Of a DNA stretch of 64,000 nt, positions 31,530 through 41,169 are shown piece by piece. Numbering within the stretch: the first letter of the stretch is position 1; every line of letters begins with the position of its first letter. The DNA comes from an uncultured Nitrososphaeraceae archaeon (GTDB lineage Archaea; Thermoproteota; Nitrososphaeria; Nitrososphaerales; Nitrososphaeraceae): NCBI GenBank assembly GCA_963779615.1, contig CAVZZA010000005.1, forward strand, positions 64,001 through 128,000, in the 5' to 3' direction. The translations under genes were made by a program, and so were the position numbers. The notes under the pieces were generated by a model, which worked only from the letters and a program-made list of their open reading frames with translations, ran no database searches and was not told the origin of the DNA.

Positions 31530-32555
31530 ATGTTGTATACAGATGAAAATAAGACTAACAACAGCAGATCTAATTCAGATAAAACTCTTATAGAAAATAT
31601 GATGGAATGTGTTTTAGATGGTGGGCAATTAGATTTCGAGGATGCTGAGTCTTTACTTTCTACAAATGATATGAACACTTTGGCTAATTGTGCAAATACC
31701 ATAACAAGAAAATTTAATGGCGAGTTAGTCGATATAGAAACTCTCATAAATGCAAAATCTGGGCGGTGCCCCGAAGACTGTTCATTTTGTGCTCAATCGA
31801 CCTTCTATAATGATAATACAGGTATCAACAAATATCCTCTTTTGCCAAAGGATGTCATCATAGAACAAGCAATAAGAGCAAAAGAGGGAGGGTCCACTAG
31901 TTTTTGTCTTGTATGTGCATATAGATCCCCACCAGAAAAGGACTTTGAGCAAATATGTGACACAATACAAGAAATTAAAAAAAATGTAAGGATAGACATT
32001 AATGTATCATTGGGTTTCATGACTCGAGAAAGAGCAAAGAGATTAAAATCTTTAGGTGTTAAGAGATATAATCATAACTTGGAAACCTCTGAAAGTTATT
32101 TTTCACAAATATGCAAAACTCATGATTTTTCTGATAGGGTAAAAACTGCCAAAATAGTAAAAGAAGTAGGATTAGAATTGTGCTCGGGTGGCATAATTGG
32201 TATGGGAGAGAGTCACAAACAGAGATTAGAACTTGGATTCTCTCTAAGATCACTACAACCAGACGAAGTTCCCATCAATATTTTAATATCTAGAGATGGA
32301 ACTCCTCTTGCCAATTTAACACCATTGGATCCAATGGAAGCAATTAAAACAATTGCAGTATGGCGATTTATTATGCCAAAAACAATTCTAAAAATTGCTG
32401 GAGGGAGAGAAGTTCACTTGAAGGACAAAGAAAAAATTGCACTCAAAGCAGGAGCTAATGGAATAATTACAGGAGGATATCTTACTACAGGGGGGAATGA
32501 TTCTTACAAGGACATTACGATGATAAAAGAGATTGGGCTCAAGACAGAATTATAG
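31530..32555 (+). CDS. bioB: Biotin synthase
   Basis: NAKSGRCPEDCSFCAQS radical-SAM motif, YNHNLETS, CSGGIIGMGE, AGGRE, GYLTTGG. Confidence 0.97.
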   Translation: MLYTDENKTNNSRSNSDKTLIENMMECVLDGGQLDFEDAESLLSTNDMNTLANCANTITRKFNGELVDIETLINAKSGRCPEDCSFCAQSTFYNDNTGINKYPLLPKDVIIEQAIRAKEGGSTSFCLVCAYRSPPEKDFEQICDTIQEIKKNVRIDINVSLGFMTRERAKRLKSLGVKRYNHNLETSESYFSQICKTHDFSDRVKTAKIVKEVGLELCSGGIIGMGESHKQRLELGFSLRSLQPDEVPINILISRDGTPLANLTPLDPMEAIKTIAVWRFIMPKTILKIAGGREVHLKDKEKIALKAGANGIITGGYLTTGGNDSYKDITMIKEIGLKTEL

Positions 32556-33747
32556 TAGAAATATACAAAATGACAAAAACAGATTCATTGAAAATGAGCT
32601 ATTCAGGCTAAAAAAAGACGATCTTTATAGGAGGATAAAAATATTTGACATTGAAAAAGATTCAACCCTAAAATACATGGAAAACAAGGTTAATGATTTT
32701 TCATCTAATGATTATTTAGGATTATCAAAATACAAAAGAAAACCGGGTCATTTAGACAAATTAATCCAACACCACACATCACAATGCAGTTCACGATTAA
32801 TTTCAGGAAGCTCTTCTAAAATTAAAAGTCTTGAAATAAATTTATCCAGGCACCGTGATACTCAATCGACCTTGATTTTTGCAAATGGATATATGGCAAA
32901 TCTGGGTGTTTTAAGTGCCTTAGGCGACAAAGATACAATAATTTTTAGTGATAATTTGAATCATGCAAGTATTATTGACGGATGCAGGCTTTCCAACAGT
33001 CAAGTAAAAATTTTTCCACACAATGCCTTTTCATTTTTAGAAAAATTAGTAAAAAAAAGCTATGTAAAAAAAAAAATAATAATAACAGAAGGAATTTTTA
33101 GCATGGATGGGGATTTCTCCAACCTAAAAGAAATATCTAAAATCTCAAAAGAAAACAACTGTTTTCTAATTGTAGATGATGCGCATGGCGATTTTGTTGT
33201 AGGTAGCAATAGTTTAAAAAACTATTCTGGGACGCCTGCGTTTTTTAATGTCTCAAAAGGAGTAGACATCCACATTAGTAGCTTGAGCAAGGGGTTAGGG
33301 TGTTTTGGCGGATATGTAAGTAGTTCTAGATTAATTTGTGAATACCTGATTAATAAATCGCGTCCGTTCATTTTTACATCAGCACTTCCAGATTTTTTGT
33401 GTGAAATAGCAAATTTATCTCTAGAAGCGGCAAAAGAAGGAAAACAACAAAAAAAACTTTATAAAAATATTGATTTGTTTTATAAAGTCCTGGAAGAAAA
33501 AAAGATTTATAATGTAAAAAAAGTCAGATATAGTCCAATAATTCCGATCATCATAGGGGATGAAAAAAAAGCTGTGGAAATATCCAGAAAGCTTTTGAAG
33601 AAAGGATTTTTTGTTCAGGCTATCAGGTACCCAACAGTAATGAAAAGTCAATCTAGATTGAGGGTTTCCCTATCAGCAGAACACTCAGATACTCAAATTA
33701 TAAACTTTGTAGAAGCATTAGGCAATGTTATGAGATCCCCAAATTAA
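32533..33747 (+). CDS. bioF: 8-amino-7-oxononanoate synthase
   Basis: FSSNDYLGL, SSRLISG, NHASIIDG, FSMDGD, DDAHG, SLSKG, AIRYPTV. Confidence 0.93.
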   Translation: MGSRQNYSRNIQNDKNRFIENELFRLKKDDLYRRIKIFDIEKDSTLKYMENKVNDFSSNDYLGLSKYKRKPGHLDKLIQHHTSQCSSRLISGSSSKIKSLEINLSRHRDTQSTLIFANGYMANLGVLSALGDKDTIIFSDNLNHASIIDGCRLSNSQVKIFPHNAFSFLEKLVKKSYVKKKIIITEGIFSMDGDFSNLKEISKISKENNCFLIVDDAHGDFVVGSNSLKNYSGTPAFFNVSKGVDIHISSLSKGLGCFGGYVSSSRLICEYLINKSRPFIFTSALPDFLCEIANLSLEAAKEGKQQKKLYKNIDLFYKVLEEKKIYNVKKVRYSPIIPIIIGDEKKAVEISRKLLKKGFFVQAIRYPTVMKSQSRLRVSLSAEHSDTQIINFVEALGNVMRSPN

Positions 33748-33809
33748 TTATTTATTTTTTAATGTAGGTTTCTATGTTGCTACAAAAAAATTGCAAGTTA
33801 ATGTTTTAC

Positions 33810-33833
33810 ATTTCATAATTCGAGTTTTGAAAG
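33810..33833. repeat. Palindromic site B (right flank of the bio block)
   Basis: ATTTCATAATTCGAGTTTTGAAAG; 22/24 identical to 28563-28586 in direct orientation. Confidence 0.75.
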
Positions 33834-33860
33834 ATTATTTTGTAATTACATCTAAAACGT

Positions 33861-34100
33861 AATTATCATAATTATAGTTATATTATCATAATTATAGTTA
33901 TATTATCATAATTATAGTTATATTATCATAATTATAGTTATATTATCATAATTATAGTTATATTATCATAATTATAGTTATATTATCATAATTATAGTTA
34001 TATTATCATAATTATAGTTATATTATCATAATTATAGTTATATTATCATAATTATAGTTATATTATCATAATTATAGTTATATTATCATAATTATAGTTA
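33861..34100. repeat. Tandem array, 12 x 20 bp (TATTATCATAATTATAGTTA)
   Basis: 11 perfect units plus a first unit with one mismatch; no spacers. Confidence 0.97.
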
Positions 34101-34204
34101 ACAATTTAAATTTTTATATATACCAAATTAAAGATCAAATATTGTGAAATAAACCAAAAAGAAAAATAAAAAAATATATTTTAATAACATTATAATACAA
34201 GTGG

Positions 34205-34897
34205 TTGAAAGGAGTAATTTTAGCGGGAGGGTTTGGAAAAAGACTCAAACCCATAACAGATAATCGTCCAAAACCAATGATAGAAATTTTAGATAAACCA
34301 ATCATTGAATGGCAGATAAAGCTTTTGGCAAAAAACAATGTAAGGGAAGTAATAATTTGTGTGGGTTATCTCAAAGAACAGATTATTGATTTTATTGCGA
34401 GTGGTAATAAATTCAATGTCAAGGTTGCATACACTGTAGAGGAAGAACCTTTAGGAACTGGGGGAGCATTAAAAAATACATATAGTCTCTTGAAGGATGA
34501 AAAAGAAGGCTTCTTTATGATAAATGGAGATATCCTAACTAATATAGACTTCAACATATTAGCTCATAAAAACGAATTCAATACTTTAGCAGTTGTACCC
34601 CTTCGAAGTCCTTACGGGATAGTAGACTTTGATGAGCAATCAAATGTAACAGGATTTAAAGAAAAACCCAACATAATTGATAAATGGATAAACGCCGGAG
34701 TATATTTTTTTAATCAGGATGTTTTTAACTATCTTCCTGACAAAGGAAATATAGAAACAACAGCTTTGCCGGCAATGGCAGATCAACAAAAACTGAAAGC
34801 AAGGAAATTTGAAAATTCTTTTTGGAAATCCATAGATTCTCATAAAGATATTGAAGAGTCATCAAAGGAATTGTCTAGAATTTATTCGCAACATTAA
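34205..34897 (+). CDS. Sugar-phosphate nucleotidyltransferase (NTP_transferase family)
   Basis: ILAGGFGKRLKPIT..PKPM, EEEPLGTGGAL, NGDI, FKEKP, INAGVY. Confidence 0.92.
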   Translation: MKGVILAGGFGKRLKPITDNRPKPMIEILDKPIIEWQIKLLAKNNVREVIICVGYLKEQIIDFIASGNKFNVKVAYTVEEEPLGTGGALKNTYSLLKDEKEGFFMINGDILTNIDFNILAHKNEFNTLAVVPLRSPYGIVDFDEQSNVTGFKEKPNIIDKWINAGVYFFNQDVFNYLPDKGNIETTALPAMADQQKLKARKFENSFWKSIDSHKDIEESSKELSRIYSQH

Positions 34898-34898
34898 G

Positions 34899-35870
34899 AT
34901 GAAATTAAAAATAGGATTTAGCATAGGTTCTCTTTTACAAACAAAAAATGTTGTAGAGTTTTCGTCCAATATTGACAAACTTGAACATATTGATTCTATT
35001 TGGGTGCCAGAATCTTGGGGAAAGGAAGCATTTTCAACTTTGGGAGCAATTTCCCAGGTTACTTCAAATGTAAAGATAGGTACATCAATAATCAATATCT
35101 ATTCCAGAACACCTGCTACAATTGCAATGGGAGCAATTTCGATAGATAAATTATCTAATAATAGGATGATAATAGGTTTGGGTGCGAGTACAGCTTCCAT
35201 TGTAGAAAATCTACATGGTCTCAAATATAGTGATCCAATAGAGAGGATGAAAGAATACATACAATCAATTAGATCACTTATTCGTTCAGAAGAAAAGACA
35301 AGTTATGATGGAAAAATAGTTAAAATTAATAACTTTAAGATTTTAGAAAAATCTCGAGCACAAATCCCAATCTATATAGCTGCGGTAAATAAAAAAATGA
35401 TCCATATTGGACTAAAATATGCAGATGGATTATTATTTTATTTAAGACCTATAAATGAAATTAAAAGTCTACTTTATGATCTTAAAAAAAAAATGAAGAT
35501 CCATTCATCATTAGTATTAATAACATCAGTATCAAATAAAGAACCACAAATGGCAAAAAAGAGAGCAGCAAAAACCCTTGCTTTTTATATATCTGTTGGG
35601 AGAATCTATTATAATTTCCTTTCTAGAACAGGTTTTAAAATAGAGGTAGATAAAATTTATAAGGATTATCACAATCATGGTGTAGAAAGATCGATTGAAA
35701 ATATACCAACAAAAATGTTAGATGATCTAGTAATATATGGTTCAGTTAATGATTGCAACTACCAAATAAAAAAATTTATCAACACAGGAATAGATTTGCC
35801 AATATTGCAGGTAAATCCTATTGAGGATAAGAATGGACAATTAAATTATAAGGACTTCTTGGAACTATGA
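34899..35870 (+). CDS. LLM-class (luciferase-like, probably F420-dependent) oxidoreductase
   Basis: SIWVPESWG, IGTSIINIYSRTPA..IGLGAS, IPIYIAAV..ADG; ATG at 34899 preferred over the ORF-track start. Confidence 0.88.
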   Translation: MKLKIGFSIGSLLQTKNVVEFSSNIDKLEHIDSIWVPESWGKEAFSTLGAISQVTSNVKIGTSIINIYSRTPATIAMGAISIDKLSNNRMIIGLGASTASIVENLHGLKYSDPIERMKEYIQSIRSLIRSEEKTSYDGKIVKINNFKILEKSRAQIPIYIAAVNKKMIHIGLKYADGLLFYLRPINEIKSLLYDLKKKMKIHSSLVLITSVSNKEPQMAKKRAAKTLAFYISVGRIYYNFLSRTGFKIEVDKIYKDYHNHGVERSIENIPTKMLDDLVIYGSVNDCNYQIKKFINTGIDLPILQVNPIEDKNGQLNYKDFLEL

Positions 35871-36967
35871 GAATCGGGATTGATTCCGGAGATACCCTAG
35901 AATATCAAAAATTTTCGGACCAGACTTTACCAGATTTGGCATGCAAGTCAATAATCAACCTTTTAAAAAAATCAAAAATAGAGAAACGTGAAGTAGATGG
36001 ATTGATTGTATCTTCTTGCTCAAATGAACAATATTTAGGCAGTATTATATCAGAGATGACTAACTTAAATCCTAAAATCTGCACCAAAGTAGAGAATCTA
36101 TGCAATTCTGGAACTACCGCAATTTTTTTAGCATATTCGTTAATTCTTTCAGGCATGTGTAATGCAATAATTGTTACAGGTGCTGAAAAACAAAACAGCC
36201 CTGGAAATAAACTCCTGTGGGACATAACAAGAGGAGTGTATGATTTACCAATACACTGGGCATCGCTCTTTGCAAAAACTCATTTTAGAAACTTCAACAC
36301 ATCAGAAGAAGACTTGGCTTTAATTTCAGAAAAAAACCACAAAAACGCAAATAAAAATCCTAATGCCTTGTATTATAACAAAAAATTTAGTTTTCCTGAT
36401 ATTATGAGTTCAAAAAAAATTGTCGATCCTTTAAAAATACTCGACTGCTGTTACCCATGTGAGGGAGCTTCCTCGATATTATTAGTATCAGAAAAATACG
36501 CAAAAAAATCGGAAATACCGATATGGATTAAAGGAATTTCACAAAATAACCAAGGTGCGAGTTTCTCCAACATTTCCTCTGATCTTCGGTCAATCACTAC
36601 CACAAAAATTGCTTCAAAAGAAGCATTTAACCAAGCTAAATTAAAACCCTCAGATATAGATATTGTAGAACTTCATGACGCTTTTACGATAATGGAACTT
36701 ATGGCTTATGAAGATATAGGTTTTATAGAGAAAGGAAAAGGCACAAGTTTTATAAAACAAGACAGAATTCACATCAATACCAGAGGAGGTCTAATTGGAT
36801 GTGGACATCCTATTGGAGCTACAGGTATAGACCAAACTAATGAAATAGTTCTCCAACTACAAGGTAAAGCTCCTAATGGAAGACAAAGAAAAAACTGTTC
36901 AAGAGGTTTAATTCATAACATGGCTGCTGCAGGAACGTCGTCAACAATTATATTATTAGAAAAATAA
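35867..36967 (+). CDS. Thiolase (acetyl-CoA C-acetyltransferase, archaeal type)
   Basis: VENLCNSG catalytic Cys, ELHDAFT, GGLIGCGHPIGATG. Confidence 0.92.
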   Translation: MRIGIDSGDTLEYQKFSDQTLPDLACKSIINLLKKSKIEKREVDGLIVSSCSNEQYLGSIISEMTNLNPKICTKVENLCNSGTTAIFLAYSLILSGMCNAIIVTGAEKQNSPGNKLLWDITRGVYDLPIHWASLFAKTHFRNFNTSEEDLALISEKNHKNANKNPNALYYNKKFSFPDIMSSKKIVDPLKILDCCYPCEGASSILLVSEKYAKKSEIPIWIKGISQNNQGASFSNISSDLRSITTTKIASKEAFNQAKLKPSDIDIVELHDAFTIMELMAYEDIGFIEKGKGTSFIKQDRIHINTRGGLIGCGHPIGATGIDQTNEIVLQLQGKAPNGRQRKNCSRGLIHNMAAAGTSSTIILLEK

Positions 36968-37315
36968 ATGAATTTAAAAGAATCAATATTAAAAAAAATC
37001 AAAGATGATATTTTTTTAATTACTTATTGTACGAAGTGTAAAAAGTATAATTGGCCCCCAAGTTATAATTGCAAATATTGCTTTAAAAAAACCATATTAA
37101 AAAAATTATTCAATAAAGGTAAACTATTAGAAGTGTCATATTCTCATCTACCTGATCAAAATAATTATTTTGGTATCGGAGAATTCTCAGGAATAAGAAT
37201 TTTAGGAATGGTTGAAGGGGACATCAAAATAAATGATGCAATCGTAATATCTAAAATAAAAGTAGATAATGACAAAATATCAGTTGAATTTAACAAATCA
37301 AAAAGAAAAAAATAA
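36968..37315 (+). CDS. DUF35 zinc-ribbon/OB-fold thiolase partner
   Basis: CTKC..WPP...CKYC; directly follows the thiolase. Confidence 0.8.
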   Translation: MNLKESILKKIKDDIFLITYCTKCKKYNWPPSYNCKYCFKKTILKKLFNKGKLLEVSYSHLPDQNNYFGIGEFSGIRILGMVEGDIKINDAIVISKIKVDNDKISVEFNKSKRKK

Positions 37316-37349
37316 AATAATTATTAACAAGTAGAATGTTCAAAATACA

Positions 37350-37706
37350 ATGGATTATGAAGGTTATCTTAGCGATAGAGAACTGATCAGTAGAGATGCA
37401 TTTCATAAAAAACAACTAAAAATAAAAGTGATGGAAATTAACGAGAATACTCGTGATTATTCAAAATATGGAGACAGAGTGCTCATCAATAAAATTTTAG
37501 TAATAATTCAAAACTTAGAAACCGATGTAATCGAAGAAAAGGAGATAGATATAGAGGAATTAGAAAATAGAATGAAAAAAGAAAGACTATTCACATCTTC
37601 CAACAGATGGGTTCCTAGAAGCGAAATAAGAAATAAATTTATTGTAGGACATAGGCATTTTTTTCTTTTATCTGATGCAATTTCATTAGATATAATATCC
37701 TTTTAA
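37350..37706 (+). CDS. Conserved hypothetical protein
   Basis: 118-aa ORF, FTSSNRWVP, LSDAISLDII. Confidence 0.65.
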   Translation: MDYEGYLSDRELISRDAFHKKQLKIKVMEINENTRDYSKYGDRVLINKILVIIQNLETDVIEEKEIDIEELENRMKKERLFTSSNRWVPRSEIRNKFIVGHRHFFLLSDAISLDIISF

Positions 37707-37724
37707 TTTTTTATTGTAAAATAG

Positions 37725-37826
37725 CGCCGCTGATCAGACTCGAACTGATGACCTACTGGTTAACAGCCAGCTAAGCTTCATAATTAAAAATTATGAATTT
37801 GCTCTACCAAGCTGAGCTACAGCGGC
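37725..37826 (-). tRNA. tRNA-Asn(GTT) with 28-nt non-canonical intron (37771-37798, position 27/28)
   Basis: Acceptor GCCGCTG/CAGCGGC, anticodon loop CT-GTT-AA; removing the intron gives a 74-nt tRNA with an ACTGG/CCAGT stem. Confidence 0.92.
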
Positions 37827-37983
37827 ACTAGTCTATAAAAAAATAAAAGAATAATTAAATGTTACGATAATCATATATAGAAACGATAATTTCACATATT
37901 GTAAACTTATCAATAATAATGCATATTTATAAATATATACATACAAAAACTGGCATAATTTTTAAGTGAATTAAAAAAATTAT

Positions 37984-38526
37984 TTATTCTTTTGAATAAA
38001 TATATACTCCGTCAAGAAACACCCTAGAATCCTTATTTTTTATTCGTGTTGCCAACTCCAGATTGGCTGCTGATTGAGAAACATTTTCAATATTAGGACC
38101 TGTTATTACCACATCCTCTCCCTCTACAGTAACCTTTGTATCGCTACCTACAATTTTAGAAGTTCTTGCAGATCTTTCTCCAAAGAAATTTTCAACATAT
38201 ATTTCACGATTTTTAACTTTTACAGTAATAGGAAAGTGCGCAAAAACTATTTTAAGTCTGTATGTAAAGCCTTTACTTGAGCCCTTTATCATATTATTAA
38301 TCACACTCTGAATAGTATTTACTAAAGCAAAGTCTTTTTTTCTATTACCATGCGATTTTATGGTAATTTTATTTCCTTGCAAATCTATATTAGCTGGCAT
38401 TTTAGTAAAGTCCTTTTGAACAGAACCATATGAGCCTTTTGTTGTTAATACGTTCTGATCTTTAGTAATTGATACCTCGGAAGGTAATACAATCTCATTT
38501 TCAAAGAATTCAGGCTTAATAGACAT
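37984..38526 (-). CDS. rpl6: 50S ribosomal protein L6 (uL6)
   Basis: AHFPI, NFFGERSAR, KDSRVFLDGVY. Confidence 0.97.
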   Translation of the reverse strand: MSIKPEFFENEIVLPSEVSITKDQNVLTTKGSYGSVQKDFTKMPANIDLQGNKITIKSHGNRKKDFALVNTIQSVINNMIKGSSKGFTYRLKIVFAHFPITVKVKNREIYVENFFGERSARTSKIVGSDTKVTVEGEDVVITGPNIENVSQSAANLELATRIKNKDSRVFLDGVYIYSKE

Positions 38527-38917
38527 ACCCGATTAAAGCACCTCCCAAATTTCCATCCTGAGCTTCATGATGAGACATTATACCATTACTAGTAGAGACT
38601 ATCAATATACCCATATTATAAGAAGGTAAAAATTGACGTTCCCAAAACAAATACTTATCTTTCCTTACACTAAATCTAGGGGTAATTATACCACATTTAT
38701 TTATCTTTGCCAATAGCTGGATCCTGAACTTACCTGTACGCCCATCGTCAACTTGTTCAAACTCACCTATGTACCGATATTTTTGCATGACACGCAATAC
38801 TTCACTTGCGAATGTTGAAGCAGGCAAAACAATACACTCCCTCTTTCTTCTCATTTCATTGTTATACAAAGTCGTAAATAAATTAGATAAAACATTTAAT
38901 GCCGGCATTACATCCAC
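38516..38917 (-). CDS. rps8: 30S ribosomal protein S8 (uS8)
   Basis: YIGEFE..DDGRTG, INKCG..PRF, STSNGIMSH. Confidence 0.97.
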   Translation of the reverse strand: MDVMPALNVLSNLFTTLYNNEMRRKRECIVLPASTFASEVLRVMQKYRYIGEFEQVDDGRTGKFRIQLLAKINKCGIITPRFSVRKDKYLFWERQFLPSYNMGILIVSTSNGIMSHHEAQDGNLGGALIGYVY

Positions 38918-39100
38918 CTATTCGTATTTCCTAAATCCCAATGAAAACGCCACTTCCCTAAAACACTTTCTACATAACATCAAATCATAAGCGCATATAA
39001 GTCCACTAAAAGAACCGCATCTTTTGCACCATCTTGTTCCTTTGCCATGAGCGAGTTTTTTTCTGCCCGTTAAATCATAGTCTCTAATTTTAATTTTCAT
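38918..39100 (-). CDS. rps14: 30S ribosomal protein S14 (uS14)
   Basis: CKRCG..LCRKCFRE..LGFRKY. Confidence 0.96.
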   Translation of the reverse strand: MKIKIRDYDLTGRKKLAHGKGTRWCKRCGSFSGLICAYDLMLCRKCFREVAFSLGFRKYE

Positions 39101-39615
39101 ACCACATCAACTCCAAATTTATTCTTGAAAAAATCGATTGCCTCATCTTTTGTAATTTTATGTTTTTTACCTATTTTTGAAGGATTTCTTTTCTTTGAGA
39201 CCCGATAACCAGGCCTTGTCAAAGATGTACATATATCCATTCCAAAAATTCCAATGTCAGGATTGTACTTTGTTCCAGGTATATCGATATGATCGTGAAT
39301 TCCAAGCGACAAATTACCATTATTATCAAAAGATGTAGATTTTATCACATTCTTTTTTGCTTCCATAATACGCCTTAAAAAGTTTATGGCATCAGTTCTT
39401 CGTAAGGTTACCATGGTCCCGATTGGCTCTCCCTTGTGTATATTGAAATCTCTAACACTTTTTTTTGCCCCTCGAACACTAGGTGTATGCCCAGTTAATT
39501 CAGATAATGCACTTTTTGCACGTTCTAGGGGTTCTCCGGCTTTACCGACTCCAATATTAATGACAACCTTAAACAAGGATATTTCTTTCATCGGATTTGA
39601 TAAATTATCGCTCAT
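39097..39615 (-). CDS. rpl5: 50S ribosomal protein L5 (uL5)
   Basis: NPMKEI..KVVINIGVG, YNPDIGIFGMD, RPGYRV. Confidence 0.97.
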   Translation of the reverse strand: MSDNLSNPMKEISLFKVVINIGVGKAGEPLERAKSALSELTGHTPSVRGAKKSVRDFNIHKGEPIGTMVTLRRTDAINFLRRIMEAKKNVIKSTSFDNNGNLSLGIHDHIDIPGTKYNPDIGIFGMDICTSLTRPGYRVSKKRNPSKIGKKHKITKDEAIDFFKNKFGVDVV

Positions 39616-40331
39616 CAGCTAAAAACCTCCAGAATAGGCCTATCGTTTCCTATAGGCATTACAATATTCACTGGTAGTTCAACCGATCTGTCATCAAAAT
39701 TCACTATTGTTCTCTTTGGTAATGAAAACATTCCATTTTTTATTTCCTCTACTTTACCTATTCTTCCAGCGTTTTCCCCTTGAACGACCAAGACTGTACA
39801 ACCCACATCAAACTTGATATGACTTTCGATTTGTATATTTGGCAATCTTACCAAACAAACATCTCCTACACTCATTTTTTTATCCTCAGAAATTAATGTC
39901 TTACCATCGTGAAAACCATATTGAATTTTATTGCCTTTGATACAAACTTTTTTAGTTACTTTTAATAATTTAACTCCTTTTTCTTTTGTTTTGACAGGAA
40001 CTAAGATTTTTAAATCTTTAGGGATTAGTCTATACGCGTCTCCACTAGGAATGACTTCAACAATATCCATGATACCAACACCAAAATGTACGTCTCTTCT
40101 TATTACGCCATCCACCTTTATTTGCCCGGAATTCATAATTATTTTTGCTTCTTGTAAATTACGACACAAATGCAAAACATCACGCAGCAATACCCCAATA
40201 GGATAACATCTATCTTTTGCATATGGACCAGGACTTACAGATAATATGAATGGATGCCCTTTTCTTTTTATTTGCCAGAATTTTGGCGCCATTTGTCTTT
40301 TTGTTTTTGTACTTCCACTTTTTCTTACCAT
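39615..40331 (-). CDS. rps4e: 30S ribosomal protein S4e (eS4)
   Basis: KRQMAP..W, PGP, KVDGVIRRD, HDGKT, GENAGRIG. Confidence 0.96.
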   Translation of the reverse strand: MVRKSGSTKTKRQMAPKFWQIKRKGHPFILSVSPGPYAKDRCYPIGVLLRDVLHLCRNLQEAKIIMNSGQIKVDGVIRRDVHFGVGIMDIVEVIPSGDAYRLIPKDLKILVPVKTKEKGVKLLKVTKKVCIKGNKIQYGFHDGKTLISEDKKMSVGDVCLVRLPNIQIESHIKFDVGCTVLVVQGENAGRIGKVEEIKNGMFSLPKRTIVNFDDRSVELPVNIVMPIGNDRPILEVFS

Positions 40332-40351
40332 TTATTAATCACTCCCAAACC

Positions 40352-40732
40352 TCATTCTTTTTCTGCTTTCCTATTACCTTGTTTTCCAGATTTATTAATT
40401 TGTTCCTTATTTCCAAATTTATTTTTCCTATAGTTATCATCCATGTTTAATGATGAAATTTTCACATTAGAAGCATGAATAAGAACTTTTACCTGGCCAC
40501 CTTTAATTTTTTCACGCTGAACCCCTTCAATACTTAATTTCCCTTTATCGGTATTAATTTTTTCAACCTTACCCTCAACTCCTTTATATTCTCCACGCAT
40601 GATTCTTACGGTATCGCCTTTCACAACACTAGTACTTTTTTTATTATATTGCTTTTTCAAATTGTCAGCAAGGTTGGAACAAACCGATGAACTAAACTTA
40701 CTTGCATCTTTTTTTGTAATCATAAATATCAT
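40352..40732 (-). CDS. rpl24: 50S ribosomal protein L24 (uL24)
   Basis: GDTVRIMRGEYKG..GKV, IHASNV. Confidence 0.95.
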   Translation of the reverse strand: MIFMITKKDASKFSSSVCSNLADNLKKQYNKKSTSVVKGDTVRIMRGEYKGVEGKVEKINTDKGKLSIEGVQREKIKGGQVKVLIHASNVKISSLNMDDNYRKNKFGNKEQINKSGKQGNRKAEKE

Positions 40733-41167
40733 CTATATAATCATGGAGGCTAAATTAGCTATTCTGGGCCATTTTTCCGCGGCCTCTGCGGCTACTGGTC
40801 CTTTAATATCAGTGCCTTTGATTTCACCTTCTTTTGTTACTAATACAGCAGCATTATCTTCAAAAGAAACCCTAACTCCATTTAGCCGTCGAATAGCATA
40901 CTTTTGTCTTACAACTACTGCACCAAAAATTTGTTTCCTTAACTCAGCAGGGCCTTTTTTGACTGTTACTGTTACAAAGTCTCCAACAGCAGCAGAGGGT
41001 AACCTTGAATGCCTACCTTTAATTCGAGTAACCTGTGCAATTTGCAATATTTTTGCGCCAGTATTATCAGCACAAACTAAATTAGCATATAATGGAAGAG
41101 ATCTTGTTACATAAGGTCTAAACTCAGCTACTCCCCTTGATGATACGGCTCTTGATTTTGATGACAT
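40733..41167 (-). CDS. rpl14: 50S ribosomal protein L14 (uL14)
   Basis: CADNTGAK, FEDNAAV, KGTDIKGPVA. Confidence 0.98.
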   Translation of the reverse strand: MSSKSRAVSSRGVAEFRPYVTRSLPLYANLVCADNTGAKILQIAQVTRIKGRHSRLPSAAVGDFVTVTVKKGPAELRKQIFGAVVVRQKYAIRRLNGVRVSFEDNAAVLVTKEGEIKGTDIKGPVAAEAAEKWPRIANLASMII

Positions 41168-41169
41168 CT

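Noticed and set aside
33861-34100. CRISPR or replication-origin call for the 20-bp array
   Set aside because: No spacers, no cdc6/orc1 gene and no recognisable ORB motif nearby.
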